The notes beneath the pieces are model-generated. The model saw nothing but the letters and a program-made list of their open reading frames with translations, was not told the origin of the DNA and did no database searches. Below are positions 24,628 to 37,603 of a DNA stretch of 64,000 nt, piece by piece. The position numbers and the translations under genes were made by a program. Source of the stretch: Leucoraja ocellata (taxonomy: Eukaryota); the NCBI GenBank assembly GCA_036785375.1, contig JAWMAR010000384.1:620001-684000 (forward strand), in the 5' to 3' direction. Within the stretch, counting starts at the first letter, position 1, and each line of letters begins with the position of its first letter.

Positions 24628-25334
24628 GTAAGGATTGTGATGGATTCTCTAATGTTGCTCCATTTCACACTATACTTGTATACTCTCGTCAATACTTGTA
24701 TCAGAATGAAATCGATATTAATATAATAGATATGTTATTGAATTGAAATTAATTCAGTAAATTAGAGGAAATACTTTTCTCTTGCGTTTCAATTATATTT
24801 TACAATCAAGCAAAATGTTCTTTTGCAAACATTTTTTATTGTTGCTGGCAAGAATAAAATGCGAGCTAACCTGTTCTTGGATCAGTGTGACATAACTAGA
24901 AACTGGCAATCCTTGTGCATTCCCAAACCACAAGATTGAAGCATCAGGTTTGGCTGGCAACTATTCCACCAATGTAGATATTGACTCCCCCTCCCCCTTA
25001 CGTAGACCCATAAAACAAAATGAAAAGAAAATCTTTGGTTTAGTTGTTTTGGTATGATCAATTGTGAATGTTTAAAATTGATCATGGGACACAATCTTAA
25101 CACATCTCCTTTCCACAATGCTATAATTGTCTCTGTGGCAAGAGTCATATATTGTGCCACAGGTTCCGCTGCTGTTTTGCAGCTGGTAATGAGGAAAATG
25201 ACAATGGATGAAGGAAAAGTGTCTGATGAGAGTCTGAGGCAAACCATCAGCAGCTTGATGGAAACTACTACTACTTTTGCTACTGCGACTGCTCCAGCAA
25301 TCCCTCTGGATCAAGGATAACTTACTTGAGCTAT

Positions 25335-25720
25335 GTTTTTGTGGATTCTGAGGTGGCTGATGAGGCCATTAGGGAAAACCACTGACTTTCCAAAAAAGGA
25401 GCAGGAGGAGATGCATTTGTGGTTTGTGTTCCCCTTCCATTGCTTAGATAGGGCTTCTCAATAATACATGACCTCAAGTTTCTCAATAGCATCCAAATGC
25501 TCATTCTCCACTTTGATGTGTCAAAGAGGGTGTTGCGCATCTTCGAAAAAGCTTTCAACACGTCCTCGCAACTTTTCTGCTGAACACCAGGGAATCTCCC
25601 ATGACAAATCTTGCAATATACGAGTTGGGCTTCAGGCATTGCTGAGAGTAACCTGGGTACCACTGTGGTGCAGTATTCTGCTGCAGCGCCACAGGTTCAA
25701 TTATGCCCTTGTGTACAATC
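25335..25720 (-). mobile_element. Degraded RTE-clade LINE 3' fragment
   Basis: Peptide QLVYCKICHGRFPGVQQKSCEDVLKA...SKWRMSI resembles the RTE C-terminus (LLYxELxxGxRxxGGQxKRFKDxLK...WR). Confidence 0.5.
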
Positions 25721-25833
25721 TGTGTGGAATTTGCATGTCCCAGATCCTTGAGGTGTCTGATGTAGGAAGTCCAGATCTCAGAAGTACAGGGGAAGACAGG
25801 GAGCACTATTGCCTGGTTGAGAGCACTAATGCC

Positions 25834-25960
25834 AGAGTCAGGGGATATGGGGAGAAGGCAGGAACGAGGTACTGATTGTGGATGATCAGCCATGATCACA
25901 TTGAATGGCGGTGCTGGCTCGAAGGGCTGAATGGCCTACTCCTACACCTATTGTCTATTG
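25834..25960 (+). mobile_element. CR1 3' end
   Basis: ggatatggggagaaggcagg...atggcctactcctacacctattgtctattg. Confidence 0.85.
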
Positions 25961-27105
25961 ACCCTGTTTAGAGGCTCCTTTTTTTGGCACCTTTTACCAT
26001 ATTTGACCAAAGACTCTGCTGGTGCATCGAAGGTGGTGGTGAATTTCATCACTGATGTTTATCTTTGCCGATACGTCACCTGTGAAGATATGGGAAGTGC
26101 TCCATGTTTTTTAGAGTTCTTAAGCAGTGCTTTCACCAGCAAAGCCGCCTCCTATTCCGCAAAGTTTCATGATTCTATCATATCAAGAAAACATGCATTT
26201 TTCCATTGTGCAGTCTCTAATTGAATATGTGATAGTGTAACTAAAGTGGGGACTTGATGGCCAATGCGGATTGGGTGGATTGAAGGACCTGTTTGAGTGT
26301 AATAACATTGCTTGTCTCTGTGAATCTGCCCCTCATACTTGTGTACATACATTTATTTAGGAGGAAGACTACTCTGAAAGTTTGCGACTCTTGAATGCAA
26401 CCACACTTTGGTTGAATCCTTTCCTGGAGGGTCATTTTATGCAATTACTAATTAATTAATACTACTAATTACTAATCTCATTACCCAAGAAGAAAAGATA
26501 AATTGTTTCCTGTTTGATGCCAATGTATATTGCTCCAGGATATGGTTTCAAATAAACTATTTGAAATTATTTTTCAAACTACTTTTAACACATCAATTTA
26601 TCCAGTTAAAACTCCTATGACTTTTACATTACCTTCATTCAAGGCTGTTATTTCTTGATTGATTGTAATGTTAATGATGATATTTTCCTAAAGAGTCTTT
26701 TGTCCTTTCTTATGCCACTAATTCAACCATTTTGGGTTATCTTTCCTGATTCAGCTAAGATTATACCTCACAATTACCTTCCATCTTTGTCATTAGAATA
26801 ATCTCAAAGCTTCCTTTTCTTTGTTATCTTAACTGTTCCCATTTTTTTTTCAATGTTAGAATGCCATCTTCGGCTTTTCAACTCTTCTTGGCCCAGCACG
26901 ACTTTTCTATATGCATCTAATTTTTTTTTAAATGTTAATTGTACTCATTTATTTAATAATGCAAATTGATAAGCAGATCCTTCTTCTCATCCATGAATTT
27001 TTAATTGATTGGAACTAATCATAATTTGCAGCAAATTCATAATTTGAGAGCAAACGTGTTGACTTTGAAGGTGTTAAATATAGTTTGTGTTTTATTTTAC
27101 ACCAG

Positions 27106-27211
27106 GACTTTAACAGGATTGGGTTTGCTGGTATGCTCAATGGATGGAACGGTGGCATTTCTGGATTTCTCCCAGGAAGAATTGGGTGATCCACTAACTG
27201 AGGAGGAGAAG
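27106..27211 (+). CDS. HIRA: HIRA exon 11
   Basis: TLTGLGLLVCSMDGTVAFLDFSQEELGDPLTEEEK; caccag / gtaact. Confidence 0.95.
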
Positions 27212-28565
27212 GTAACTGGGCTAATTTAAAGTACAGCAGCAGCAACTACATCAATGTGCTTGTATCCTCAACTTGGTGCAAATTACTAACTTACTTGCAG
27301 GTTGGTCTGTTCTTGTACCAGAGAAACAAGAATCTTCAAGCAGGGATGTGGTTTTGATATCATGGGACTATATATGATATAACTTTCCCAAACTAATAAT
27401 GTTACTCATGAGGTTCGGTAGGGGTGATCTCATAAGAAGGTGAAATGTAGAAGTTGAAAAAGAAATGAATTACTACTTGAAAATGAGGATTCAAAATAAA
27501 ATAATTAGAAAAATTATCCAATGAATACTTGTTTGTTAATTTCCAGGTGACAAATGTTGTGATTTAGTACCCTTGTGTTATTGAGTGATGATGCCATTTT
27601 ATGGTGGATCACTGGTGTTCTTGGTAGTAAATATTTTTGGCACCAAGTGAGTGGGTCCCCTAGTGCAGGATTGTTTGATGTTGGAAAGGTTGGAGGAGAT
27701 CACCATTTTCCACAGAGCTACACATGAGCATTCATAGCCTTTGGTGACCTGGCCAACTATGACTGAAGAAGAAGAGTAAGCAAAATGCAGTTAAACTGAA
27801 CCCAGGCTTCATTACATAGAGATTTATATAGCAGTAATAACTAATCCCCACCACTCTCATTTATGCCTTTACATTAAAACGCGTACTCTCTCGAGTACCC
27901 TCAACTCTCCCGAGTACCCTCAACTCTCCCGCAGTTTGTTCAGAAGGACTCAACATCATGTATACTGCAATTATTAAAATGTATATTTGGTGAGATCCCA
28001 ACTTGAGTAGTTTAAAAACAAATTCACAAACTGACTATGCACGTTTTTGTCTTTTTATACTAGTGGTCTGAATTGCACTGACTAATTTGTCATTAGCATG
28101 CTCATTTAGCTCCTGCATCAAACAAATACTTTTTGTATGTATACCTGGAATATGTTCTTGGAGATGAATTGTTTCCTACTTGCAACAATAGTGCTGGACA
28201 ACGAGAGTTATACTTGTGCCCATTCATGTTTCCAGTATTTTCACCAGTAAAGTTAGGGCAGGGTAAGGTTTAATATCCATACACTGTGCACTGTTTGGTT
28301 TTCATCCATTTCAATTCAAAAGGTAATTAAAATGTAAAATTTTGGCTGAGTTACTATTGCTACAGTTTCCATAAATGAGCAGAAATCTTTTATTGCATGC
28401 AGATATTACACTCACCTACATAAGATTGCTTCCTGTTGTCAAGAGAACATAACTCGCTGTGGGCAGAAATATATCTGATTATTAGATTATTAAACATTCC
28501 CCTTTAAGGCAAATTATCACTCTTCACCTGCCTGGTGACCCACATTTTCTATGTCTGTCTTACAG

Positions 28566-28778
28566 AATATGATTCACCAGAAGACTTATGGCAAAAGTTT
28601 AGCAATTACAACGGAGCAGCAACTGTCCACCACCATCATTGAAAATCCAGAGATGCTTAAGTACCAACAGCAGCAGAAGCAGTTACAGGAGCAGAAAAAT
28701 GCATTGGGTTCCAGGGAACTGATGGCCACCAAAGTGCCGAATATGCTGAATGGAGAGAGCTTGGAGGACATTCGGAAG
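28566..28778 (+). CDS. HIRA: HIRA exon 12
   Basis: NMIHQKTYGKSLAITTEQQLSTTIIENPEMLKYQQQQ...NGESLEDIRK; ttacag / gtaatg. Confidence 0.95.
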
Positions 28779-29110
28779 GTAATGGATAAGAAGCAGCTTC
28801 TTGAGCATTAAAATGTAAATAAAAACAACTTGTGTTTTTGGGTCACAGGTTTGAATATAGCAGGGATGGTTTATAACTGATACCCAGAGAGGCTTTCATT
28901 TATGGGACCTGAAACAGAATCCTCTTATTAATCATTGCTATTTCAAATGTTTTGGAAATGCACACAAATGTTTCATGAGAACAAGTGGCATTTCCATCTG
29001 CTCCTTTTTCTGCCCCAAAATCGAGGAGTGGCCGTATAAACGCGTATAAAATCATGAGGGGGAAATGCACATAGTCTTTTTCACAAAATAGGGGAATCAA
29101 GAACTGGAGG

Positions 29111-29226
29111 TCTCGACCCAAAACATCGCCTATTGCTTTGCTCCACAGATGCTGCCTCACCCGCTGAGTTTCCCCAGGATTTTTGTCTACCTTCGATTTT
29201 TCCAGCATCTGCAGTTCTTTCTTAAA
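29111..29226 (+). mobile_element. Penelope-derived short repeat inserted in a CR1 fragment
   Basis: Homologous to the 5456 unit; 13-bp TSD CAAGAACT(G/A)GAGG. Confidence 0.75.
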
Positions 29227-30825
29227 CAAGAACTAGAGGGGATAGGTTTAATGTGAGAGGGAAGATTTAATAGAAACCTGAGGGACAATTTGTCACACAC
29301 AGAAATTGATGGGTACACGGAATAAACTGCCAGAGGATATCATTGAGGCAGGTATATTAACAGTATGTAGAACACATTTGGACAGATAAATGGATAGAGG
29401 TTTTGAAGGATATGAACCAAATGTGGACAAATGGGACTAGCTTGGATTTGGTTGGTATGGAAAGTTGGGCTTAAAGGCCCGTTTCCCTGCTGTAAATGAG
29501 ACGTGCACTTTAATGCAATTTGAATTAATTTAGAATTCGTATCAATGCAATATTTTTGAAATATTTTGGAGGAAATTAGACTTGAGAAGTAAGTGTCTTT
29601 TTCCTGAATGTAGCTTGTAAAGTGCACCCCTTGTTGATTGCCTGTTGTAATCATACATTCAAAATCTGATCTTTTATTCTGTAATTTTTTTAAACTTATC
29701 ATTTTGGACGCAAAGTAATTCATATTTTTTAATTCCATTCTTGTCCTCTTTCTTTGGACTTGCTTTTCATCGCTGCCCAAATGGGATCTAAGACGAAGGC
29801 TGTACGCTCTCAGCGATATTTGTCACTGTTTTATTCCTTTGTCTGATCACTTTTATCAAAATGTTATGTTAAACCAGTTGGTCTTTCATTTGAAGCAGAA
29901 TTTAATGTCCTATGACACTATATTCACCCTCCCCTGCATCCAAGTCATTATTTTCTTCCAAATTATTTTCACTGAAACTGGTTTTCTCATCTTTATTATA
30001 ATGCAGTTTGTGTGTCCTTGGTGCAAATTAGTTGCTATGCTAACAGTGTTCATGACCCCGATGCTACTTGAGAAATCTTCAACTGACGTTAAATACTTGG
30101 AACTATAGGTCGTGATAGAACCAATAAAAATATATATTGTTTGCAATTCGGTAAAGTGATGGAGCTGCCATGTTCCAAAGATGTGAAGTGTAACTGAGTG
30201 TAACATCTAAATAACCTGGGAAAATTGAAGCTAGCAAAAATACTTTTGTGTTTGGAATTGTATCTTGCACAAAAGAAGGTAGTTGGTCAATAATGGAGCC
30301 ACAGGACACCTGTGTGGGAGTTCTTCAGAGCATCGTCATAGGCCCGACTATCTTCTCCTACTCCATTGGTGACCTCACTTCATCACAAGATCGGAGAGGA
30401 TATGCTTGCTGATGATTGAACACATTCTATTTGTAACATCTGCAAATAAAGCTGTTCGTGTCTGCAAATTCTGGACACCATTCAGGCCTGAGCTGAGGAA
30501 TGGCCATTAAAGTGCCAGATAAAGACCATCTGCAGCAGAGAAAGTCAAATGACTTCAATGGCATCACCATCACTGAGTCCCGCACCATGATATCCTGGTA
30601 GTCAGCACAGAGCAGAAATTTAACTGGATGAGCAACATAAATATTGTTGCTGCAAGAGCAGGCAAAGGCTGGATACCCTGCAGTGACCAACTCGCATTTT
30701 AACCATCTGCAAGTCATCTTGTGAGCATGATGGAATGCTCCTGGTGTGTGCAGCGCCAGTGACTGTCAAGAAGCCTGCTTGATTAGCATACCATCAGTCA
30801 CCTTGAGCATTCATTTCCTGGTCTG

Positions 30826-31135
30826 CAGGTAATGCAGCTAGTAGAACTGCTGCCTCGCAGCACCAGAGACCCAAGTGTGTTTGATCCTGACCTTGGCTGT
30901 TGTCTGCATAAACTTTGCATGTGCTCCCTGTGACTGTCAGTTTCCTTCGGGTGCTGCTCAAGTTTCCTCCCACACACCAGACAAGCGAATTTGTAGGTTA
31001 ATTGGCCTTTTTTAATTCCCCCTTGCGTGTAGAGATTGGATGTGAAAGTGGGATAATATACAACTGGTATGAACAGGTGATTGATGGTTAGTGTGAACTT
31101 GATAGGCTGAAGTGCCTGTTTCCGTGCTATATTAT
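30826..31135 (+). mobile_element. tRNA-derived V-SINE (HE1-like) with CR1-type tail
   Basis: tRNA-like head, V-domain tttccttcgggtgctg...gtttcctcccaca, and tail ggctgaagtgcctgtttccgtgct. Confidence 0.7.
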
Positions 31136-32002
31136 TCAATTAATTCACCAATCAACCATTAAGAAACAAAAAGCAAGTGCAATTTTTAATTTTAAGAAAT
31201 GATGAGCGGAACACAAATCATTTTCTATTTTCACTGTTACTTAGATATCAAGTAATCTTTCACACTGATTATGTGGTGTGGGAAATTTAAAGTTAAATTA
31301 TGATTTCTTCATTGCAGGATAGGGTACACTGTTTAACTGCTCTTCACCAAGGTGCTACAAAATCTAAATGCATAGTTTCACTGTCTTCAGTTTCAGTTAC
31401 TTTATTTTTAAAAGCCTGTTGATAGCAATGGAATGCAGTTGAGAGAGCCAAAATGTATCACTCATTTCTAAAGTATAGCGTGTCCTTGAATCACTTATGA
31501 TTAAATTCTTCCAGAGTGTCTGAGAATTTCAACCCAGCAATAAAAAGAGAACAATGATGCATTTCCAAGTCAGTTTTGGTGTGTGGCTTGGAGGGGAATC
31601 TGCAGGTGGTGTCCTTTAGTGATGGGAGTAATGGTTTTAAGAGGTGCTTTCAGGATCTCTTGATGCGTAACTATAGCTGCAGGACTTTAAAGAGAAATAA
31701 ATGGCAGTTAGTCAAATTTAACTTCATGTAGGATCTTTCCATTCAGTTGATATGGAAACATCCTTTCATGTCCTTACCATCCTTATCTGGCAGCTAATCC
31801 CCTAGCAAATCCGGTGATTTATTCACACAATTCTTCAATGCAGAAAGACAAATAAAACCTGTTGGGAACATTTGACAGGGGTGCATTTAGCTTCACTTTA
31901 GAAGTGTTGTCATTCTCTCTGTCCCATAACTCTGCTTTATCCTTAACGTGGAGAATCTAACTGATCACCAGTAACCGAGCAAACTAGACATGACTATAAG
32001 AT

Positions 32003-32095
32003 CGAAGATAGACACAAAAAGCTGGAGCAACACGGCGGATCAGGCAACATCTCTGGAGAAAAGGAATAGGTGACGCTTTGGCTTGAGACCCTTCA
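32003..32095 (-). mobile_element. Penelope-derived short repeat (degenerate)
   Basis: gacacaaaaagctggagc...gaataggtgacg...gagacccttc. Confidence 0.7.
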
Positions 32096-32670
32096 AGATG
32101 CTTTGTTTTAAACTCTGGAGTACATGGGGAGGCTACTAGTACGTTTATTTAAAATGAATCCGAATATTGCATGAAATACAAGTGCTAATCTGTAGTTGAA
32201 AATTAATTTTTATAACAAAGAGCTGTCACTTTTTTTATTAAATAACTTAATTGCTGCCCTGCACTGAGAGTTAGTCTTGATTGTGCCACTGCTATTATGC
32301 ATGTCTGGTGTAATATGATGCAGCTTGTTTCTAAGGGGTGTTGGGTTTCAAAAATCCCCTGAAAGATGGCAAGAGAGCCATTCACAAGAATTGTTTGCAT
32401 GGCAATTGTAGCAGCCTATCGTGTATTGTGTAGGTATTTTACCACCGTCGCATTTGGTCCTTTGTTTCGAAGGATTTGTATTCTGAATGAAGGCTTCTCC
32501 GAAGTGCTGCACTTTCTGTAGTATGTGACGTTAAAAAAGCAGTCTGAATAACCGTAATGCTTATTAAAAATTAAAGCCTGGGCCATGTTATTGAGACCTT
32601 CAATGGGAGGCAAATAGTGTGCTGGATAATAACATCTGAACTTTCTTTCTCTCTTGTTCTCCCTTTATAG

Positions 32671-32756
32671 AATTTATTAAAGAAACAGATTGAAACTAGG
32701 ACAGCTGACGGACGGAGAAGAATCACACCCTTTTGCATTGCTCAGTTAGACACTGG
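32671..32756 (+). CDS. HIRA: HIRA exon 13 (B-domain, ASF1-binding)
   Basis: NLLKKQIETRTADGRRRITPFCIAQLDTG; ttatag / gtaaga. Confidence 0.95.
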
Positions 32757-33602
32757 GTAAGAGGTCATTTCAGTACCCTTTGAAAAGTTTTACAGTGTAT
32801 GTTGCACAGTTAGGAAACAATGAAGGAACAAATGTGCACTTGAAATCCTATTGTGGCGCTCAGTCCAATGTAGCACTACGGCAGCCTTGCAAAAAATGCT
32901 GATTAGGTGTATAATCCCCAACAGCCAGAATTTCCGACCCCATGTGTGTTTTATCTCGAATATAAAGCTGGAAGAGACAGAGTGCCAGTTACTTAAGATT
33001 TCTTTAGGTGGTTATCATATTGTAAGGGCCTGATGTCATTTTGGCATAATTCATTGATTTACAGATTTTTTTTTACTCTCCAACCAGTGACTTCCACTGC
33101 TCTTGATTTAATGTGCATTATGGGATGATCAAGGTATTTTACAGACCTCGGGTGCAGCCGGCAGGCTGAACAGAGCAGGTTGTTTGGTCCACAAGCCATT
33201 GTCTTGAGATTGCCGCAGCACAGAGGGGCCTCACTTAACACCACCTCTGCTAAATTGGTTGTGGAAGTACTGATATCTTGGAATAAAGTGGAGAGGGTGT
33301 AGTCAGGATATTTGCCGATTTTACATCAGAATATTTGAGCTGTGGTGTAATGTCACTGAACACTGCGGGTAGCAGGTCCTTGGCCATGACTTTGAAGTGA
33401 TTGATTTTCCAGTAATTTTACAACTCCAGGGGGTGCTAAGTGGCAGCTGCTCAATGACTCATGGCCATGAGTGGTTGCAAGGCCAGGTTATGAGACATAT
33501 TATGTCTGAGTTGATTCTCATGATCGCTGGCAAAGCAAAGCTCTTATTTGTTAATCGATGTACTGCTAGCAGTGACCTGGTTAGATTCAATCAGGCTGGA
33601 TA

Positions 33603-34238
33603 CATAGTCATGGAGTCATACAGCATGGAAACAAGCCTTCGGCCCATCCTGTTTCCACTAGTGGGCGAATCTAGGACCAGAAAGAATGCCCAGCCTCGGG
33701 AATAAGAGTGCATACCTTTAGAAAGGAGATGAGGATGAACTTCTTTAGTCAGAAGATGGTGAATCTGTGAAATTCATTGCCACAGATAGCTGTGGAGGCT
33801 GGGTATTTTTAAGGCTGCAAGTGACAGGTTCTTAATTAGAAATGGTTGCAAAAATTGCGGGGGGAAGACAGGAGAATGGGGTTGAGAGGAATGATAGATC
33901 AGTCATAATTGAATGGCAGAGTAGACTTGATGGATCGAATGGCCTAACTCTGCTCCTCTGAATTATGAACTCATCGATGATGACCAAAATTGCCCGTTTG
34001 AGCTAGTCCCATTTGCCTGCCTTTGACCCATATCCCTCTAAACCTTTCATATCCAGTACCTGTCCAAATGCCTTTTAAATGCTGTAATTGTACCTGCCTC
34101 AACCACTTCTTCTGACAGCCTGTTCCATACATGTACCACCGACTGTGTGCAAAAGTTGCCCCTTCGGTTCCTATTAAATATTTCCCCTCTCACCTTAAAC
34201 CAATGCTCTCTACTTCTGGATTACTCAGCACTGGGGAA
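33603..34238. mobile_element. Nested CR1 3' fragments (plus-strand copy ~33648-33970 inside a minus-strand copy)
   Basis: The minus-strand CR1 tail ...ttcggcccat is interrupted by a plus-strand CR1 segment and resumes at ~33972. Confidence 0.7.
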
Positions 34239-35155
34239 ATGGTGGTGTGAATTCTTGAACTTATCGGGACTTCCAGGGCCGATCAGTGGATCAAATTTTC
34301 CCCCTGCGACGGACCGTTCTGGTACAGTTCAACTCTTTGAGGCCGTAACCTCCGCAGTTCTGGCAATTTGGATAATCCAGCAAGGCTCTGGAACCAAGGG
34401 TGCCGGAAAATCGATGATGGTATAAAATTGGAAAACAACTATCTTGTTGAAAGCAGTTGAAGACCATGTAGCTCCTCAGCTGTTCAATTATATCATATGC
34501 CCTTGCAACACTTCCAAACAATTATTGTTGCTCCATATCCAACTGTACAAAGAAGCACAGGAAGTGGAACGTGTTTCTGAAATGAAAACACAAGGTAAAA
34601 GGAGAACAATGAATTAGAAACATTAATGGATCACAAACGAGTAAATTGCCATCTATAAAAGGAGGTAGCTATGGAATAAAAGAAGCCACCTGCGATTGCA
34701 TTATTATTATTGAAACTTTGCAGTGGTATCAGGCGGAACAATACATCCTGATTGGTTCTTGTACGTGGCCTTTGAATAAATTGAGTGGTTTATCTGCTCC
34801 ATTTCATGGCAGGTGGGATCTTCCAACTTTGCAGATGCACCAGTGGTGAGTTGCCAATGCACACTCTGGGCCAAGCATTACTGGTACAGTGTGTACTTCA
34901 AATTAAACTTTGTTTTAGACTGTGTGAGGGCAGTATTTCAACAAATTTGTCATTATTTGACAAGTGAGCCAAGCAGTTCTGAAGCCATTTTCAGATGCTT
35001 TCTTCGATGTGGGTGAAATCCTCTGCACTTGTACTTTTCATGTCTTCATCTGGTAAAACCCCGAAAAGAGCCTGAAAACTGATGAATGCAGGGATGGCTA
35101 AACTTTCAGTTAGCCCACAAGTCTCACATTATGGTTCAAATGCTGCCCTGAGAAT

Positions 35156-35360
35156 AGTTTAGTTTTATTTAGAGATACAGTGCGGAAACAGGCCCTTCGG
35201 CCCATCGGGTCGACGCTGACCAGCGATCCCTGCACATTAACACTGTCCTACACCCATAGGGGCCACTTTTTTTATATTTACCAAGCCAATTAACCTACGT
35301 CTTTGGAGTGTGGGAGGAAACCGAAGATCTCGGAGAAAACCCACGCGGGTCACGGGGAGA
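35156..35360 (-). mobile_element. V-SINE (HE1-like) fragment
   Basis: tgtgggaggaaaccgaagatctcggagaaaacccacgcgggtcacggggag plus CR1-type tail. Confidence 0.75.
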
Positions 35361-35927
35361 CAAACAAAAGAATACAAGTCTGATCTCAGTGCAAATGCTG
35401 CTCTATTCACACACTCGCAATCACCGTTAATCATACAGTACTTTGGCGCTAACTATATGTCTCGTGTCCCATTTGGGACAGTCATAGATGTAATTGCTGG
35501 GCTCCCGAAATCCAGGATTCTCTGCTCATGAAGGTCGGTTTCTTCTTTAGGTGGTGCTGGTGTCATCTTCCCTCCCTTGGTTGGAGCCCCCCAGCGTTGG
35601 CCTTCAGTGGCTGCTGTTAAGGTTCTTCACTGCTGACAACCAGGCAGAGTAATCACTGCTCTGGCGTGCTGATGGGTTAGTTGCTGTGGCTTTTTAGAAA
35701 GTTGTCCCAGCTTGACTAATTGGATGGCAAGGTGAGAGGGCCACTGATATTCACCTCGAAGGATCATGAGTTTGGGGGGGAGCTTTGAATCTGTCAAGGG
35801 GCTGCATTGAGCCTGTTTCTCTTGTTTCTCTTTCTCTGGACTGAATATTCAATAACTGATCAGTGAGCCTGAATATAGTCAGTAATGCACATTCTTGCCA
35901 TAGTATCACTAATCTGTAAACTCAGAC

Positions 35928-36148
35928 TGAATAGAACACAAAGTGCTGGAGTAACTCAGCATCTCTAGAGGACATGGCTAGACAACCTTTCTGGTCGGGT
36001 CTCTTCAGACACCGTCGGATTACAGTTTGAAGAAGGATCCCGACCTGAATTATCGCTGATCTACGTCCTTCAGAGATGCTGCCTGACCCACTGAGTTACT
36101 TCAGCACTTTGTGCTGTACACAATATTCCAGCATCTTCTGTTCCTTGA
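35928..36148. mobile_element. Inverted pair of Penelope-derived short repeats
   Basis: Minus-strand unit ending cttcagac, then a plus-strand unit starting gtttgaagaagg. Confidence 0.7.
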
Positions 36149-37441
36149 ATTTCTAGCTCGGACTAAATATATGGTCCAACTAGTTGGTGGATTTGGGTCC
36201 CTCTTGTCTAAAGTCACCTTGGCCAACCTTCCTGTGATTTCCAGTTCCTGTTCTGGGAGCTGCTTCTCCACAATGGGAAATGCACTCTTTCATAATGTGG
36301 CAGATGTGAATTGGTGGGGGGGAGGGGGGGGGGGGGGGAGATATGATTTCCAGAGTACAAAGATCTTTTAACTTGGCAGACCGGCTTGGCCAGCAGTGGA
36401 GAAGTGATATCAGGTGCCTGTTGTTAGACTGGATTCATTGCGGAACACAACGGGTCAGGCAGCATCTGTTGAGGCAAAGAGACAGACAATGTTTGAAAGG
36501 TTCAAATCAAATGTTTTCAGTCACTCCCCTCTAGAGATGCTGCCTCCTCCAGCAGTTTGTCTTTTCCTGGTTATTATTAAATGCGGCTACACGGACCAGA
36601 GGTTTAGAGCTCATTGGGATGATATGTATTACAATTTGGTCATATAATAGAAAGTGGATTTTTGTAAATCTTGTTCCAAATCATAGTTTGCTACTGCAAA
36701 AACTAGATTATGATTATTAACAGAAATCTACATTTAGTGTACAGATATTTAGAGTACCTGTTCAGGATTTTGTGATTTTAAGTTGGACTCAGATTATGTC
36801 AAACTCACTAATGGATTACTGTTTCCAAACGTTGTGCCAATATCTGTTGTATATGCTGGTAGGCATGTGTAGCGCAATAGTTTTCAGGCTCTCGTATCAG
36901 CATTGGTTTTGTCAGGGGGTAGCTGAAGTGAATGTGTTAAGGTGCCAAAAATTCTCATGATTTCAAATTATTTCATTGCAAAGGACCTTTGCTGTTAACA
37001 CATTCCCAGTTGCTATGTGATTTATGATTTATTTTTGCAGTATCTAATAAGGTAGGATTTCCCGGGGGCCAGACAGAAGCTGATTACTGTAATTGATTTT
37101 TGTATTTGATGTGTGTCTATCGTATCAATCAGTCCTTCAAACCTCATCTCCTGTTTCAGTGTGCTGGAGACGGAGCTAATATTGTCAATATAAGCAGGTA
37201 TAAAGATATTTTTATAATTTAGGATTTATGTTATTTATTAAAATTATTATGTACCAGATATCAATTATTTCAGTTTGAATTATTTGCAAACATTTTTCTT
37301 CTTCGTATTAAACCATTGTGCTATGAATTCCCTATAGTTTATCCAAATAATGTTGTTGCAATATTATATTTGCTGCAATAAGTATGCCAGTTTACCTTGA
37401 TAGAATTATGAGGTATTTAGGATAGATGCATCAAGAAGGAA

Positions 37442-37603
37442 TGTGTAGGATGGAACTACAGATGCTGGTTTAAACTGATGATAGACACAAAATGCTGGAG
37501 TAACTCAGTGGCACAGGTAGCATCTCTGGAGAGAAGGAATGGGTGACGTTTGGGTCGAGACCCTTCTTCATACTAGGACTGAAGAAGGGTCTTGACCCGA
37601 AAC
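37442..37603. mobile_element. Penelope-derived repeat with back-to-back inverted hammerhead-like cores
   Basis: ...gacgtttgggtcgagacccttcttca-tactaggac-tgaagaagggtcttgacccgaaac. Confidence 0.75.

Noticed and set aside
34322-34420. Tigger-like fragment
   Set aside because: Only one putative end is visible, which is insufficient support.
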